Source: an uncultured Bacteroidota bacterium
GTDB lineage: Bacteria > Bacteroidota > Bacteroidia > Bacteroidales > SZUA-534
Reading direction: 5' to 3'
Assembly: GCA_946414435.1 (NCBI GenBank)
Contig: CAMKOM010000009.1
Coordinates: 17,277-81,276, forward strand
Length of the DNA: 64,000 nucleotides
Shown here piece by piece: positions 27,104-35,231 of this stretch (the stretch's first letter is position 1; every line of letters begins with the position of its first letter). The position numbers and the translations under genes are program-made. The notes under the pieces were generated by a model that ran no database searches, had not been told where the DNA came from, and was given only the letters and a program-made list of their open reading frames with translations.

Positions 27104-27862
27104 ATGGCAAGTATAGGCAGAATAGTAAAAATAAGCACTGATTTACAAGTGTTTAAATTGCTGTCTGTGCTGCTTTCTCTATTGTTTCTTCAATTTGGAT
27201 TGTTCGCGCAATCGCCCGAGAAAGCGTTTAACAGCCCATTACACGCGGTAGGCGTACGTGTGGGGATTAGCGATTGGTCGATAAATAGCCAATCGGAACA
27301 TTTTGCGATAACAACGGGCACGGCAGTCCAATTGAGTTACGACCGTATTAAGCCATTGCGTAAATGGTATAATTGGGGAATCGGTGTGCATTTTGGCGGT
27401 TTATACCGTAATGCGGAAACGATGAATTTGGAAAAAATCTATTCGGTGTCGTTTCGCAATTTCACTGCGAGTGTGCCCGTGTACGTACGTCGCCATTTCC
27501 CGATAAACAATAAAATAGGTTTTTCGGTGAAAATTGGCGCGGAAACTAAAGCGATTTTGAATTATCGCAGTACAGTATCTCAAGGCGATAAACAGTCGCA
27601 TTTAAATGTGCATTATGAAACAAATTATGTTCCGCAATTCGATTTGCTCTCAGGCGTTGGAACGTCTTACACCTTGAAAAACAATAACTTTGTGTTGTTT
27701 GAATTGGAATGGGGCTGCACTCTTGTCAATGCAAGGAAATACAAATTCGAGTACATAAACCGTGAAGTGTCTGATGTTTGGATAACCGATACATTTAAAG
27801 CAAAATACGCTCAGTCAATCACATTCGCGCTGAAGTACAATTTCAAGCTGCAGAAAAACTAG
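27104..27862 (+). CDS. putative outer-membrane beta-barrel protein
   Basis: Signal peptide (LLSVLLSLLFLQFGLFAQS), alternating-hydrophobicity strands, and a C-terminal aromatic-rich strand (ITFALKYNFKL). No family is recognised. Confidence 0.4.
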   Translation: MASIGRIVKISTDLQVFKLLSVLLSLLFLQFGLFAQSPEKAFNSPLHAVGVRVGISDWSINSQSEHFAITTGTAVQLSYDRIKPLRKWYNWGIGVHFGGLYRNAETMNLEKIYSVSFRNFTASVPVYVRRHFPINNKIGFSVKIGAETKAILNYRSTVSQGDKQSHLNVHYETNYVPQFDLLSGVGTSYTLKNNNFVLFELEWGCTLVNARKYKFEYINREVSDVWITDTFKAKYAQSITFALKYNFKLQKN

Positions 27863-27944
27863 TTTTTTTAACCTTAAAACATTTCGACACAGAATTTCCC
27901 CGAAAAAAATATCGACAAAAACTGCCAAATCACACTATTTGTAA

Positions 27945-27952
27945 TACATTTG
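27945..27952 (+). promoter_or_regulatory. candidate -7 promoter box (TACATTTG)
   Basis: TAnnTTTG match 37 nt upstream of ATG 27989. Confidence 0.4.
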
Positions 27953-27988
27953 GCGCAACATAATTTTAAAGTAATTAAACAGATTTAT

Positions 27989-28591
27989 ATGAAGACAAAT
28001 TCAATTATCGCCTGTGCAGTCGCAGTGGTTGCAATGGGCTTTCTTGCAACAAGTTGTGCAAATCAGACTCAAACTTCGGCCGCAGCCGTGGCAAACGATT
28101 CAACCTGCGTTGGCGCGTGCGACATTGCCTTTATCGACGTTGACTCAATCCTTGTGAACTACAAACTCTCAATCGAGTTGAACGACGCCATTATGAAGAA
28201 GTACGCCAATATGCAGAGCAAACTCGAGCGCGACGCCAAATCGCTGCAGAAGGACATTGAGACATTCCAAGACAAGGTTCAGAAGGGCATCTTCCTGACC
28301 ACACAACGCGCCGAAGAAGAGCAGCAGCGCCTGGTTGTCCGTCAGCAGGAATTCCAACGCCTTCAGGACGAGTACTCGAACCAACTGGCTGTTGAACAGC
28401 AGAATATGAACAACCAACTGTTCGAGAAGATTTCGGAATACGTTAAGAAGTACAACACACCCGAGCGCTACAAGTTCATTCTCACCCGCACCATTGGCGG
28501 CAGTATGTGGTATGCCAACGAGTCGTACAACATTACCAACGACATTATCAAAGGTCTGAACGACGAGTACGAAGCAAATAAGAAGAAGTAA
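27989..28591 (+). CDS. OmpH/Skp-family periplasmic chaperone lipoprotein
   Basis: The start is trimmed to MKTNSIIACAVAVVAMGFLATSCAN. A coiled-coil Q/E-rich core (QRAEEEQQRLVVRQQEFQRLQDEYSNQLAVEQQ) is typical of OmpH. Confidence 0.7.
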   Translation: MKTNSIIACAVAVVAMGFLATSCANQTQTSAAAVANDSTCVGACDIAFIDVDSILVNYKLSIELNDAIMKKYANMQSKLERDAKSLQKDIETFQDKVQKGIFLTTQRAEEEQQRLVVRQQEFQRLQDEYSNQLAVEQQNMNNQLFEKISEYVKKYNTPERYKFILTRTIGGSMWYANESYNITNDIIKGLNDEYEANKKK

Positions 28592-28614
28592 TCGCTTGAT
28601 TGATTTGATTTTAT

Positions 28615-28647
28615 AAGCCGTCTGCTTTGCGTGGGCGGCTTTTTTTG
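28615..28647 (+). terminator. rho-independent terminator between convergent genes
   Basis: AAGCCG...CGGCTT stem followed by TTTTTTTG. It lies between the skp-like stop (28591) and the queH stop (28656). Confidence 0.6.
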
Positions 28648-28655
28648 TGTTTTCT

Positions 28656-29279
28656 TCACCTCACAATCAACTCTTTCCCGTTGGCCTTGCGCCATTCGTT
28701 GGTAGCTTTGAGGCTGAATTCGCAACCGCAGTATTGCTGCTCGTAGAAGTTGTATTGGCGGATGATTTCGATGCGGCGTTCGCTCAGGCCGCCTTTGCGC
28801 CAGTTTTGGTCCCAGAATGTAACACCGCCAACTTGTGCGGCTGCCCATTTGCCGGCCTCATTAATTTGGTCGAGGCTTTTCCAACGCGATGAAGCCAGCG
28901 TGGTTGTGAACACATCGAAACCGTTTTGAGCGGCGTATTGCGCTGTGCGCAGAAGCCTGTGTTTGAAGCAGGTAAGACAGCGTTGGCCGCGTTCGGGCTC
29001 ATCGGCGAGCGGTTGCGCGGTCAGTAGCCATTGGTCGTGATTGTAGTCATCGTCAATAATGTCGAGCCCCAGATTCTCGGCAAACCGTGTGCACTCGTCT
29101 TTGCGGATTTGGTATTCGCTTTGCGGATAAATGTTTGGATTGCAATAGAATATGGTTGGGCGGATGCCATTCTCAATCATACATTCAACAATGGCCGACG
29201 AACACGGCGCGCAACAAGCGTGCAGCAGCACTTTGGTTGCGTTGTCGGGAACGGTCAGTTTCAATGTGTCGGACTTCAT
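28656..29279 (-). CDS. queH: epoxyqueuosine reductase QueH (DUF208)
   Basis: LLHACCAPCSS and the C-terminal QQYCGCEFS are QueH hallmarks. Confidence 0.8.
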   Translation of the reverse strand: MKSDTLKLTVPDNATKVLLHACCAPCSSAIVECMIENGIRPTIFYCNPNIYPQSEYQIRKDECTRFAENLGLDIIDDDYNHDQWLLTAQPLADEPERGQRCLTCFKHRLLRTAQYAAQNGFDVFTTTLASSRWKSLDQINEAGKWAAAQVGGVTFWDQNWRKGGLSERRIEIIRQYNFYEQQYCGCEFSLKATNEWRKANGKELIVR

Positions 29280-29323
29280 AATGCGGTAAAAATACTTGAA
29301 TTTGCCTGTCGATGGAACATTGT

Positions 29324-31279
29324 TTATAGAAACCCAAATTCCCTTCCATACCGCAGCATTTGCTCGGTATAACTCTCTGTGTAATCAATAGTTATATCGG
29401 TAATCTTGCCATTCTCAACAACAGGCTTCAGCACAGGATTCACAAAGCCGCCGTATGGCGCAATGTTCAGTTTCTCAAAGCGTTGCAGAACTTCGGCGTG
29501 CAGAGTGCGGTCTATTTTCACGGCGTAGGTCTCGACAAGGGCTTTGCCCGCTTCGTAGTCGCCTTCCGATTTAATCCTTTGAATTTCAGCCAGCAAGTTG
29601 CCGAAAAGTTCTCTCAATTTTGCGTAATCGTTGATTCGGGTGTAACTTTTCCCGTCGATTTTCAGCAGTTCAACCACATTTTCGGCCTTGCCTTTTTCGA
29701 GCGCCCAGCGGGCAATGAGTTGGCGGTTGCGCATATGCGACTCTTCAAGGTCTTTGCCCAACACGATGCGTGTGAGTTGCGTCATAAGGCCGTTGCGGAT
29801 ATACGAGTCGTATTCTGCCTTAAACGCTTCATTGTCAGGCAATAATCCTAACTCAACAATCTTCGGGTCGGCAATGTAGTAGAGCGCGAAAAGGTCGGCG
29901 CGGGCTTCTTCCAGAGTCGAACTGTAGTTTTTCAGCGCGTCGGGGTTGGTGCCAGGCAGCAGTTGGCCCGAGCCGTGTCCCAGACACTCGTGCAGGTCGG
30001 TGTGCAGGTTGCTCGATTGGTAACCGTACTTGCGCGAGCGGGCGCGTTCGGCTTCGTCGTGGCAGAACTCGTCGAGCATTCCGCAGCCAAGGCTCGCCTG
30101 ATGGTAGGCGTAGGTGATGTTCTCGATGGTCACCGACTTTGAGCCGTGTTCCTTGCGAATCCAGTCGGCGTTGGGCAGATTGATGCCGATGGGCGTCGAC
30201 GGGTAGCAGTCGCCGCCAAGTTGAACGGCGGTTATCACTTTGGCAGTCACGCCTTTAACGTTTGCCTTTTTAAATCGGCTGTCGATGGGCGCGTGGTCTT
30301 CAAACCATTGCGCGTTGCCGCTGATGGTCTCGGTTCGGCGCGTTGCCGTCAGGTCTTTGAAGTTGACAAGCGATTCCCACGTGGCCTTGATGCCGAGCGG
30401 GTCGCCGTACACTTCGATAAAGCCGTTCACGAAATCCACTAGCGGCTTGTTGTCGCTGACCCACAATGTGTTATACTCGTCCCAGGTGCGCAGGTCGCCC
30501 GTTTGGTAGTAACTGATGAGTTTTTCAATCGATTGGCGCTGCTGTTCGGTTTCAGCGTAAGGCACGGCTTTTTCTAACCAACTGACAATCTGCTCAATAG
30601 CCTTGCCATATTTCCCGCCTACGCGATAAATTTCTTCGGTGATGCGCCCGTCGGTTTTCACAAGGCGGCTGTTGAGTCCGTTCGACAGTGGCCGAGCCGC
30701 GTCGGGTAGGGGCAGAGTGGCGTTGTAGGCTTCCACTTCGGCCTGACTCACGCCGCTGTAGAAATTGCACGCCGACGCCTTCACCACGTCGCCGCTGCTG
30801 TCAAGACTGACGCGCTTAAGGTCTGATTTGCTGTAGATTATCTCGGTTACCCGATTGGCAAAGTCCGCCACCGATTCGCCTGCGTTTTTCGGCATTTGAC
30901 TGAAATCGGAATTGAGTATCAGTTGCTTAAACGTTTCCGAGTCGATTTCAGGGAAAAACTTGTCGCAACTGTAGTGGTGGTGCACGCCGTTGCTGAACCA
31001 GACGCGTTTGGCGTAAACCATAAACTGCTTAAAATCACCGCTTTCGCGATTGCCGCCATAACTGCTGACAATGGCGTCTACAGTGCGGCGCACAAGCAGG
31101 TTGTGGCGGTAGAACTGGTCGAAAATTATGTCGCGTCCGCACTGCGCCGCCTGGCTCAGATAGTAGATGAATATCTTTTGATTGAGTGTAAGATTCTCAA
31201 ACTCAGGCACTTTGTACCGCATAATCTTGATGTCGGCAAAGCGGTCGATAACGTATTCAAAATCCTTTTCGGCTTCCAT
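29324..31279 (-). CDS. dipeptidyl-peptidase III-like M49 metallopeptidase
   Basis: Zinc motifs HECLGHGSG and EEARADLFALY match the HExxGH / EExxAx pair of M49. The start is trimmed to MEAEKDFEY (ATG at 31279). Confidence 0.8.
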   Translation of the reverse strand: MEAEKDFEYVIDRFADIKIMRYKVPEFENLTLNQKIFIYYLSQAAQCGRDIIFDQFYRHNLLVRRTVDAIVSSYGGNRESGDFKQFMVYAKRVWFSNGVHHHYSCDKFFPEIDSETFKQLILNSDFSQMPKNAGESVADFANRVTEIIYSKSDLKRVSLDSSGDVVKASACNFYSGVSQAEVEAYNATLPLPDAARPLSNGLNSRLVKTDGRITEEIYRVGGKYGKAIEQIVSWLEKAVPYAETEQQRQSIEKLISYYQTGDLRTWDEYNTLWVSDNKPLVDFVNGFIEVYGDPLGIKATWESLVNFKDLTATRRTETISGNAQWFEDHAPIDSRFKKANVKGVTAKVITAVQLGGDCYPSTPIGINLPNADWIRKEHGSKSVTIENITYAYHQASLGCGMLDEFCHDEAERARSRKYGYQSSNLHTDLHECLGHGSGQLLPGTNPDALKNYSSTLEEARADLFALYYIADPKIVELGLLPDNEAFKAEYDSYIRNGLMTQLTRIVLGKDLEESHMRNRQLIARWALEKGKAENVVELLKIDGKSYTRINDYAKLRELFGNLLAEIQRIKSEGDYEAGKALVETYAVKIDRTLHAEVLQRFEKLNIAPYGGFVNPVLKPVVENGKITDITIDYTESYTEQMLRYGREFGFL

Positions 31280-31412
31280 TTTTGTTGCGTTTTTTAGTGG
31301 TGCGAAAATAAGGCAGGTGCGCCGTTGGAACAAAAAAAATGATGGAAAACTGTTGTGAGGAAAGAAACAGCCGGCAACCGCAACATTTTTTTTGCCGATT
31401 AAACCTATTTAG

Positions 31413-31420
31413 TAATTTTG
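31413..31420 (+). promoter_or_regulatory. candidate -7 promoter box (TAATTTTG)
   Basis: TAnnTTTG match 38 nt upstream of ATG 31458. Confidence 0.35.
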
Positions 31421-31457
31421 AGGGATTTTTTTGAGGATTAAATATTCGTTCGTTGAT

Positions 31458-32009
31458 ATGAAGACTTCAAGTAAAAAAACACTTGCAATAGTTTTGATCG
31501 CAGTGGCCTTTGTGGCTCTGTTGCCCGTCATAATAGGAATTTGTCTGCCAAAGGAACGGCAGGTTATGAAAGGTGCGGTTGTCGACCAGATGTATTTTAT
31601 GGTCTTGGGCAACATAACTAACCATTGGGAAGAACCGTCGTGGCGGCACAATCTCGACACCATGATTCAGCGCGAAGCCATCGACGGGCAGGACTGCTGG
31701 GTTGAATACTATACCAATGGCGATTCGATAAAAATGCTCACTCAGACACAAAGCGAGTTCGACTATGTACGCCGCATTATCATGCCGGATGGCCGCGAGT
31801 TGTTGCGTAATATAACTTTGGCCGACATTGATGGCAAAACCGCTGTCCGTATGATTGAAGAAGTGTCGGAGGGTGACCCGCTGAAACGTTTTGCGGCGTT
31901 ATTCAACGACCCGGTTGCCGATCGTCTCGAACAATATCTTGCTGATTTGAAAGAAAAAGCCATCAAACAAAACGAAGAGATGAGTGAGGATGGCTTTTTT
32001 GGCTTCTAA
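31458..32009 (+). CDS. membrane-anchored hypothetical protein (possibly SRPBCC-like)
   Basis: N-terminal anchor KKTLAIVLIAVAFVALLPVIIGICLPKE followed by a soluble domain. The resemblance to SRPBCC family starts is from memory only. Confidence 0.4.
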   Translation: MKTSSKKTLAIVLIAVAFVALLPVIIGICLPKERQVMKGAVVDQMYFMVLGNITNHWEEPSWRHNLDTMIQREAIDGQDCWVEYYTNGDSIKMLTQTQSEFDYVRRIIMPDGRELLRNITLADIDGKTAVRMIEEVSEGDPLKRFAALFNDPVADRLEQYLADLKEKAIKQNEEMSEDGFFGF

Positions 32010-32021
32010 TCAAGACGTTAG

Positions 32022-32618
32022 ATGACCGCTGATTTCGAAAAAACAGTCTATTCCGACGAGGTTATCGCCTTCACGGCTCTGGCCGGCAAGTATTGCGATA
32101 TGGTTGACTGCGTTGCCACTTTCTCGCAGCGCGATTTCATCGATAAAAGCCTTAGGTTGCTTTCAATATTGTATGTCAAGGCTTTAAGTCTGCCCGACAT
32201 TGAGCCTGTGGACCCTGATATGATTGAGAAAACCGTCACACAAGAGGAGTGGGACGAGGTGCACAACGCCGTGGCCGCCAAACTTGCAGGTTTCGACGGC
32301 TACACCGAATCGCTCGATCCGCTTGCCGGTGACGATGCAATGACAAGTCTTTCAGAAGGTTATGCCGATATTTTTCAGGATTTGAAAGACTATATGTCGC
32401 TGATGCGGATGGGATCGCCCGAGATGATGAACGATGCCATCTGGGAGTGCGCCCGCAACTTCCACGAATACTGGGGGCAGCGACTGGTGAACATTTTGAG
32501 GGTGCTTCACAACCTTGTGTTCGGTGGCGCCGCCCTGCGCACCGACGATGCAAGAACTTTTGAACAAGACGACCGCCCGTCGTGGGAGCGCGGCAATCAG
32601 CAGACCGATTTCGAATGA
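32022..32618 (+). CDS. DUF5063-like hypothetical protein
   Basis: 198 aa and acidic. Its stop overlaps the next start (ATGA at 32615-32618). I recall DUF5063 genes preceding 3'-5' exonuclease genes in Bacteroidales; this is unverified. Confidence 0.45.
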   Translation: MTADFEKTVYSDEVIAFTALAGKYCDMVDCVATFSQRDFIDKSLRLLSILYVKALSLPDIEPVDPDMIEKTVTQEEWDEVHNAVAAKLAGFDGYTESLDPLAGDDAMTSLSEGYADIFQDLKDYMSLMRMGSPEMMNDAIWECARNFHEYWGQRLVNILRVLHNLVFGGAALRTDDARTFEQDDRPSWERGNQQTDFE

Positions 32619-33208
32619 ACAAGACAATATCAAAAGAGGAGATTGCGGAATTGCCTATAATGGCGTTCGATGGGAAAATCAGCGTCCCGCTTACCCGCGA
32701 CCAAATCGAAGAAGCCGTCAGTTATCTGCGGCAGTTCAAGGTTTTAGGATTTGACACCGAAACCCGCCCGAATTTCCGCAAAGGACAGCACAACACAGTT
32801 GCACTGTTGCAACTATCGGCGGGTGACAGGGCTTTTTTGTTCAGACTCAATAAAATACGGCTGCCGAACGTGGTCAAACAATTACTTGCCGACGAGTCAA
32901 TAATCAAAGTTGGCGCCGCCATTCACGACGATTTGAAGGCGCTTGTCAGTTTGAGTCCGTTTGTACCAGGCGGTTTTGTCGATGTGCAGAGCATGGCCAA
33001 ACAAGTGGGAATTGAGCAGGCAGGATTGCGTCCGCTCGCCGCCATGCTGATGGGAATCCGTATCTCGAAGGCGCAGCAGACATCGAATTGGGAAATTTCA
33101 TATCTAACTGAAGCACAACTGCTTTACGCTGCCACCGACGCTTGGGTTTCACTCGAAATCTACAACCGACTTTCCGACATGCTGCAACGCGGCGAGCAAG
33201 CCGAATAA
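32615..33208 (+). CDS. 3'-5' exonuclease (RNase D / DnaQ-like DEDDy)
   Basis: Exo I LGFDTETRP, Exo II VGAAIHDDLKAL, Exo III LLYAATDAW. The start is trimmed to MNKTISKEE. Confidence 0.8.
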   Translation: MNKTISKEEIAELPIMAFDGKISVPLTRDQIEEAVSYLRQFKVLGFDTETRPNFRKGQHNTVALLQLSAGDRAFLFRLNKIRLPNVVKQLLADESIIKVGAAIHDDLKALVSLSPFVPGGFVDVQSMAKQVGIEQAGLRPLAAMLMGIRISKAQQTSNWEISYLTEAQLLYAATDAWVSLEIYNRLSDMLQRGEQAE

Positions 33209-33260
33209 CAGTTGCGTCGGAAACCAAATCATTGTCAATAATACTGAAATACAAAACGAT

Positions 33261-34442
33261 ATGAGCGCGAAAATTATACTGAAATCGGGAAAGGAACAGT
33301 CGGTCAAGCGGCTGCATCCGTGGATTTTTTCGGGGGCCATCAAGCAGATGCAGGGCTCGCCGAAGGAAGGCGACCTTGTGTCGGTTTACGACAACCAGGG
33401 CGGTTTCCTTGCTTGGGGGCACTATCAGCCGTCGTCAATCGCCGTGCGGATTCTGACTTTCGAGAACACCGTTCCCGATGCCGCTTTTTTTCGCCACAAG
33501 ATTGCCAACGCCATTGAGTTCCGCCGCCGAATGGGCTTTTTCGACAGCGCCGACACCAATGTTTTCCGCATCATCCACGGCGAAGGCGACGGCCTGTCGG
33601 GGCTTGTGGCCGATTACTACAACGGCACGGTGGTTTTTCAGGCGCACTCTGTCGGGATGTATCTGATGAAAGACGCCATTGCCGAAATCCTGAAAGACCT
33701 TTTGGGCGACAAGGTGCGCTGCATCTATGACAAAAGCTCGCAGACACTGCCGTTCAAAGCTGATATTGAACCTGTTGACGGATATCTGTTCGGCAAACCT
33801 GATACAAACATCGTTCTTGAGCACGGTCATAAGTTTGAGATTGATTGGGAAAACGGCCAGAAAACGGGCTTCTTCATCGACCAGCGCGAGAACCGCCAAC
33901 TGCTTGCCAACTACTCGGCAGGGCGCACGGTCTGCAACATTTTCGGCTACACGGGCGGTTTCAGCGTGTATGCCTTGGGCGCAGGGGCAAAGGCGGTGCA
34001 CACCGTCGATGTGTCGAAACCTGCCATCGCCCAAACCGACCGCAATGTGGCGCTGAACTTCCCCGATTGCTCTAACCATCAGGGTTTTGCGCTCGACGCT
34101 TTCGACTTTTTCGCGCAGACTACCGACAAGTACGATCTTATAATTCTTGACCCGCCAGCCTTTGCCAAGCACCAGAGCGCGCTCAACAACGCACTGCAGG
34201 GCTACAAGCGCATCAACCAGCGGGCGCTTGAGCAGATTGAGCCAGGCGGCGTGCTGTTCACCTTCTCGTGCTCGCAGGCGGTGAGCACGGAAGATTTCCG
34301 CAAGGCCGTGTTTGCCGCTTCGGTCAACGCGCGGCGCAATGTGCGCATCCTTCACCAACTCTCGCAGCCCATCGACCACCCAATAGGTATGTTCCACCCT
34401 GAAAGTGAGTATCTTAAGGGTTTGGTACTTTATGTGGAGTAG
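33261..34442 (+). CDS. rlmI: class I SAM-dependent 23S rRNA m5C methyltransferase (RlmI-like)
   Basis: PUA-like N-terminus (HPWIFSGAI), GLVADYY, the SAM motif NIFGYTGGFS and DLIILDPPAF. Confidence 0.8.
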   Translation: MSAKIILKSGKEQSVKRLHPWIFSGAIKQMQGSPKEGDLVSVYDNQGGFLAWGHYQPSSIAVRILTFENTVPDAAFFRHKIANAIEFRRRMGFFDSADTNVFRIIHGEGDGLSGLVADYYNGTVVFQAHSVGMYLMKDAIAEILKDLLGDKVRCIYDKSSQTLPFKADIEPVDGYLFGKPDTNIVLEHGHKFEIDWENGQKTGFFIDQRENRQLLANYSAGRTVCNIFGYTGGFSVYALGAGAKAVHTVDVSKPAIAQTDRNVALNFPDCSNHQGFALDAFDFFAQTTDKYDLIILDPPAFAKHQSALNNALQGYKRINQRALEQIEPGGVLFTFSCSQAVSTEDFRKAVFAASVNARRNVRILHQLSQPIDHPIGMFHPESEYLKGLVLYVE

Positions 34443-34465
34443 AGGGAGAATATCATAGATTGATA

Positions 34466-34496
34466 AAAGGCTGCCCGTTGAGGGTGGCCTTTTTTA
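34466..34496 (+). terminator. rho-independent terminator of rlmI
   Basis: AAAGGCUGCCC / GGGUGGCCUUU stem (11 bp including 2 G-U pairs), a 5-nt loop and a T-run. Confidence 0.75.
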
Positions 34497-34561
34497 TTTG
34501 CCCCAAGACTAATCTGAATAAAACTGCTAAAAAACGATTTCACAAGCAGTGGGTATCTTTC

Positions 34562-34613
34562 ATTCCCCCGAAAAAGTGTAAGTTTTTGTGATTATTCCCC
34601 CGAAAAAGTGTAA
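34562..34613 (+). repeat. two copies of a 20-bp direct repeat ATTCCCCCGAAAAAGTGTAA
   Basis: Identical copies at 34562-34581 and 34594-34613. Confidence 0.9.
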
Positions 34614-34615
34614 CC

Positions 34616-34736
34616 AAAAATCTTCAAACGGCACAACAAAAAACCTTCAAACGGCACAACAAAAAATCTTCAAACGGCACAACAAAAAACCTTCAAATGG
34701 CACAATAAAAAATCTTCAAATGGCACAATAAAAATG
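34616..34736 (+). repeat. iteron-like tandem array, 5 x 23 bp (CTTCAAAYGGCACAAYAAAAAAY)
   Basis: CTTCAAA starts at 34622, 34645, 34668, 34691 and 34714, exactly 23 nt apart. The junction base alternates T/C, and the last two units carry two C-to-T changes. Confidence 0.9.
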
Positions 34737-35085
34737 CGTAACTATTTTGATTATTAGCAAAATAAGCCATTGGTTAAGGAAGGCCTTTTTTGGTGACACT
34801 TTTCTATGAAAAATAGAAATTGTGCAGTTGCCAACTGCACAACCAAGCAGCAAAACATCTTTCGTATTAAAATACGAATTATTAACTTTGTCAACAAAGA
34901 CGCATAGTTATGGATGATTATAAAATGCTTCCATACAAGTCTTTTCTTATTTTTTACATATGTAGATGATGACCTTACCAAACAGCCACAAACTTCCAAT
35001 CCCCACCCTTGCAGGAATTTTCAGCAATACCAGCGCTGCATACAAGTTTTATTGGTTTGTGGCATTGTTGGTATTGTTGTAAAAG

Positions 35086-35114
35086 AGCGCAACCCGACGG
35101 GCTGCGCTTTTTTT
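35086..35114 (+). terminator. rho-independent terminator following a 38-codon orphan ORF
   Basis: AGCGCA-CCC / GGG-TGCGCT stem followed by TTTTTTT. Confidence 0.65.
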
Positions 35115-35231
35115 GTGAGTATAATCATTGACCAATGTCAAACCGTTTGATGTCATTTTTCACTATGCGCAGATTTGGAATGGCTCGTCATATCATCCTT
35201 TTTTTTTATTTTTCATGCATAATCAAATAAT

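Noticed and set aside
34616-34736. The 23-bp tandem repeats could be read as a CRISPR array.
   Set aside because: The units are contiguous with no spacers. There are only five copies, the units are shorter and more A-rich than CRISPR repeats, and no cas genes lie in the window.
34806-34907. A 33-codon ORF (MKNRNCAVANCTTKQQNIFRIKIRIINFVNKDA) whose C-x-x-x-x-C start faintly resembles a THAP-type zinc finger N-terminus.
   Set aside because: It is far too short, lacks the distal C-x2-H half, and its Cys codons are part of the perfect palindrome TGTGCAGTTGCCAACTGCACA. The resemblance is probably an artefact of the DNA symmetry.
34754-35150. ORF-track entries 34754-34999 (-) and 34914-35150 (+) in the island boundary region.
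   Set aside because: The peptides are low-complexity and the two ORFs mutually overlap. They sit in a repeat and palindrome-rich non-coding-looking stretch. Only the short alternative-frame ORF 34966-35082 ending at a terminator seemed worth flagging.
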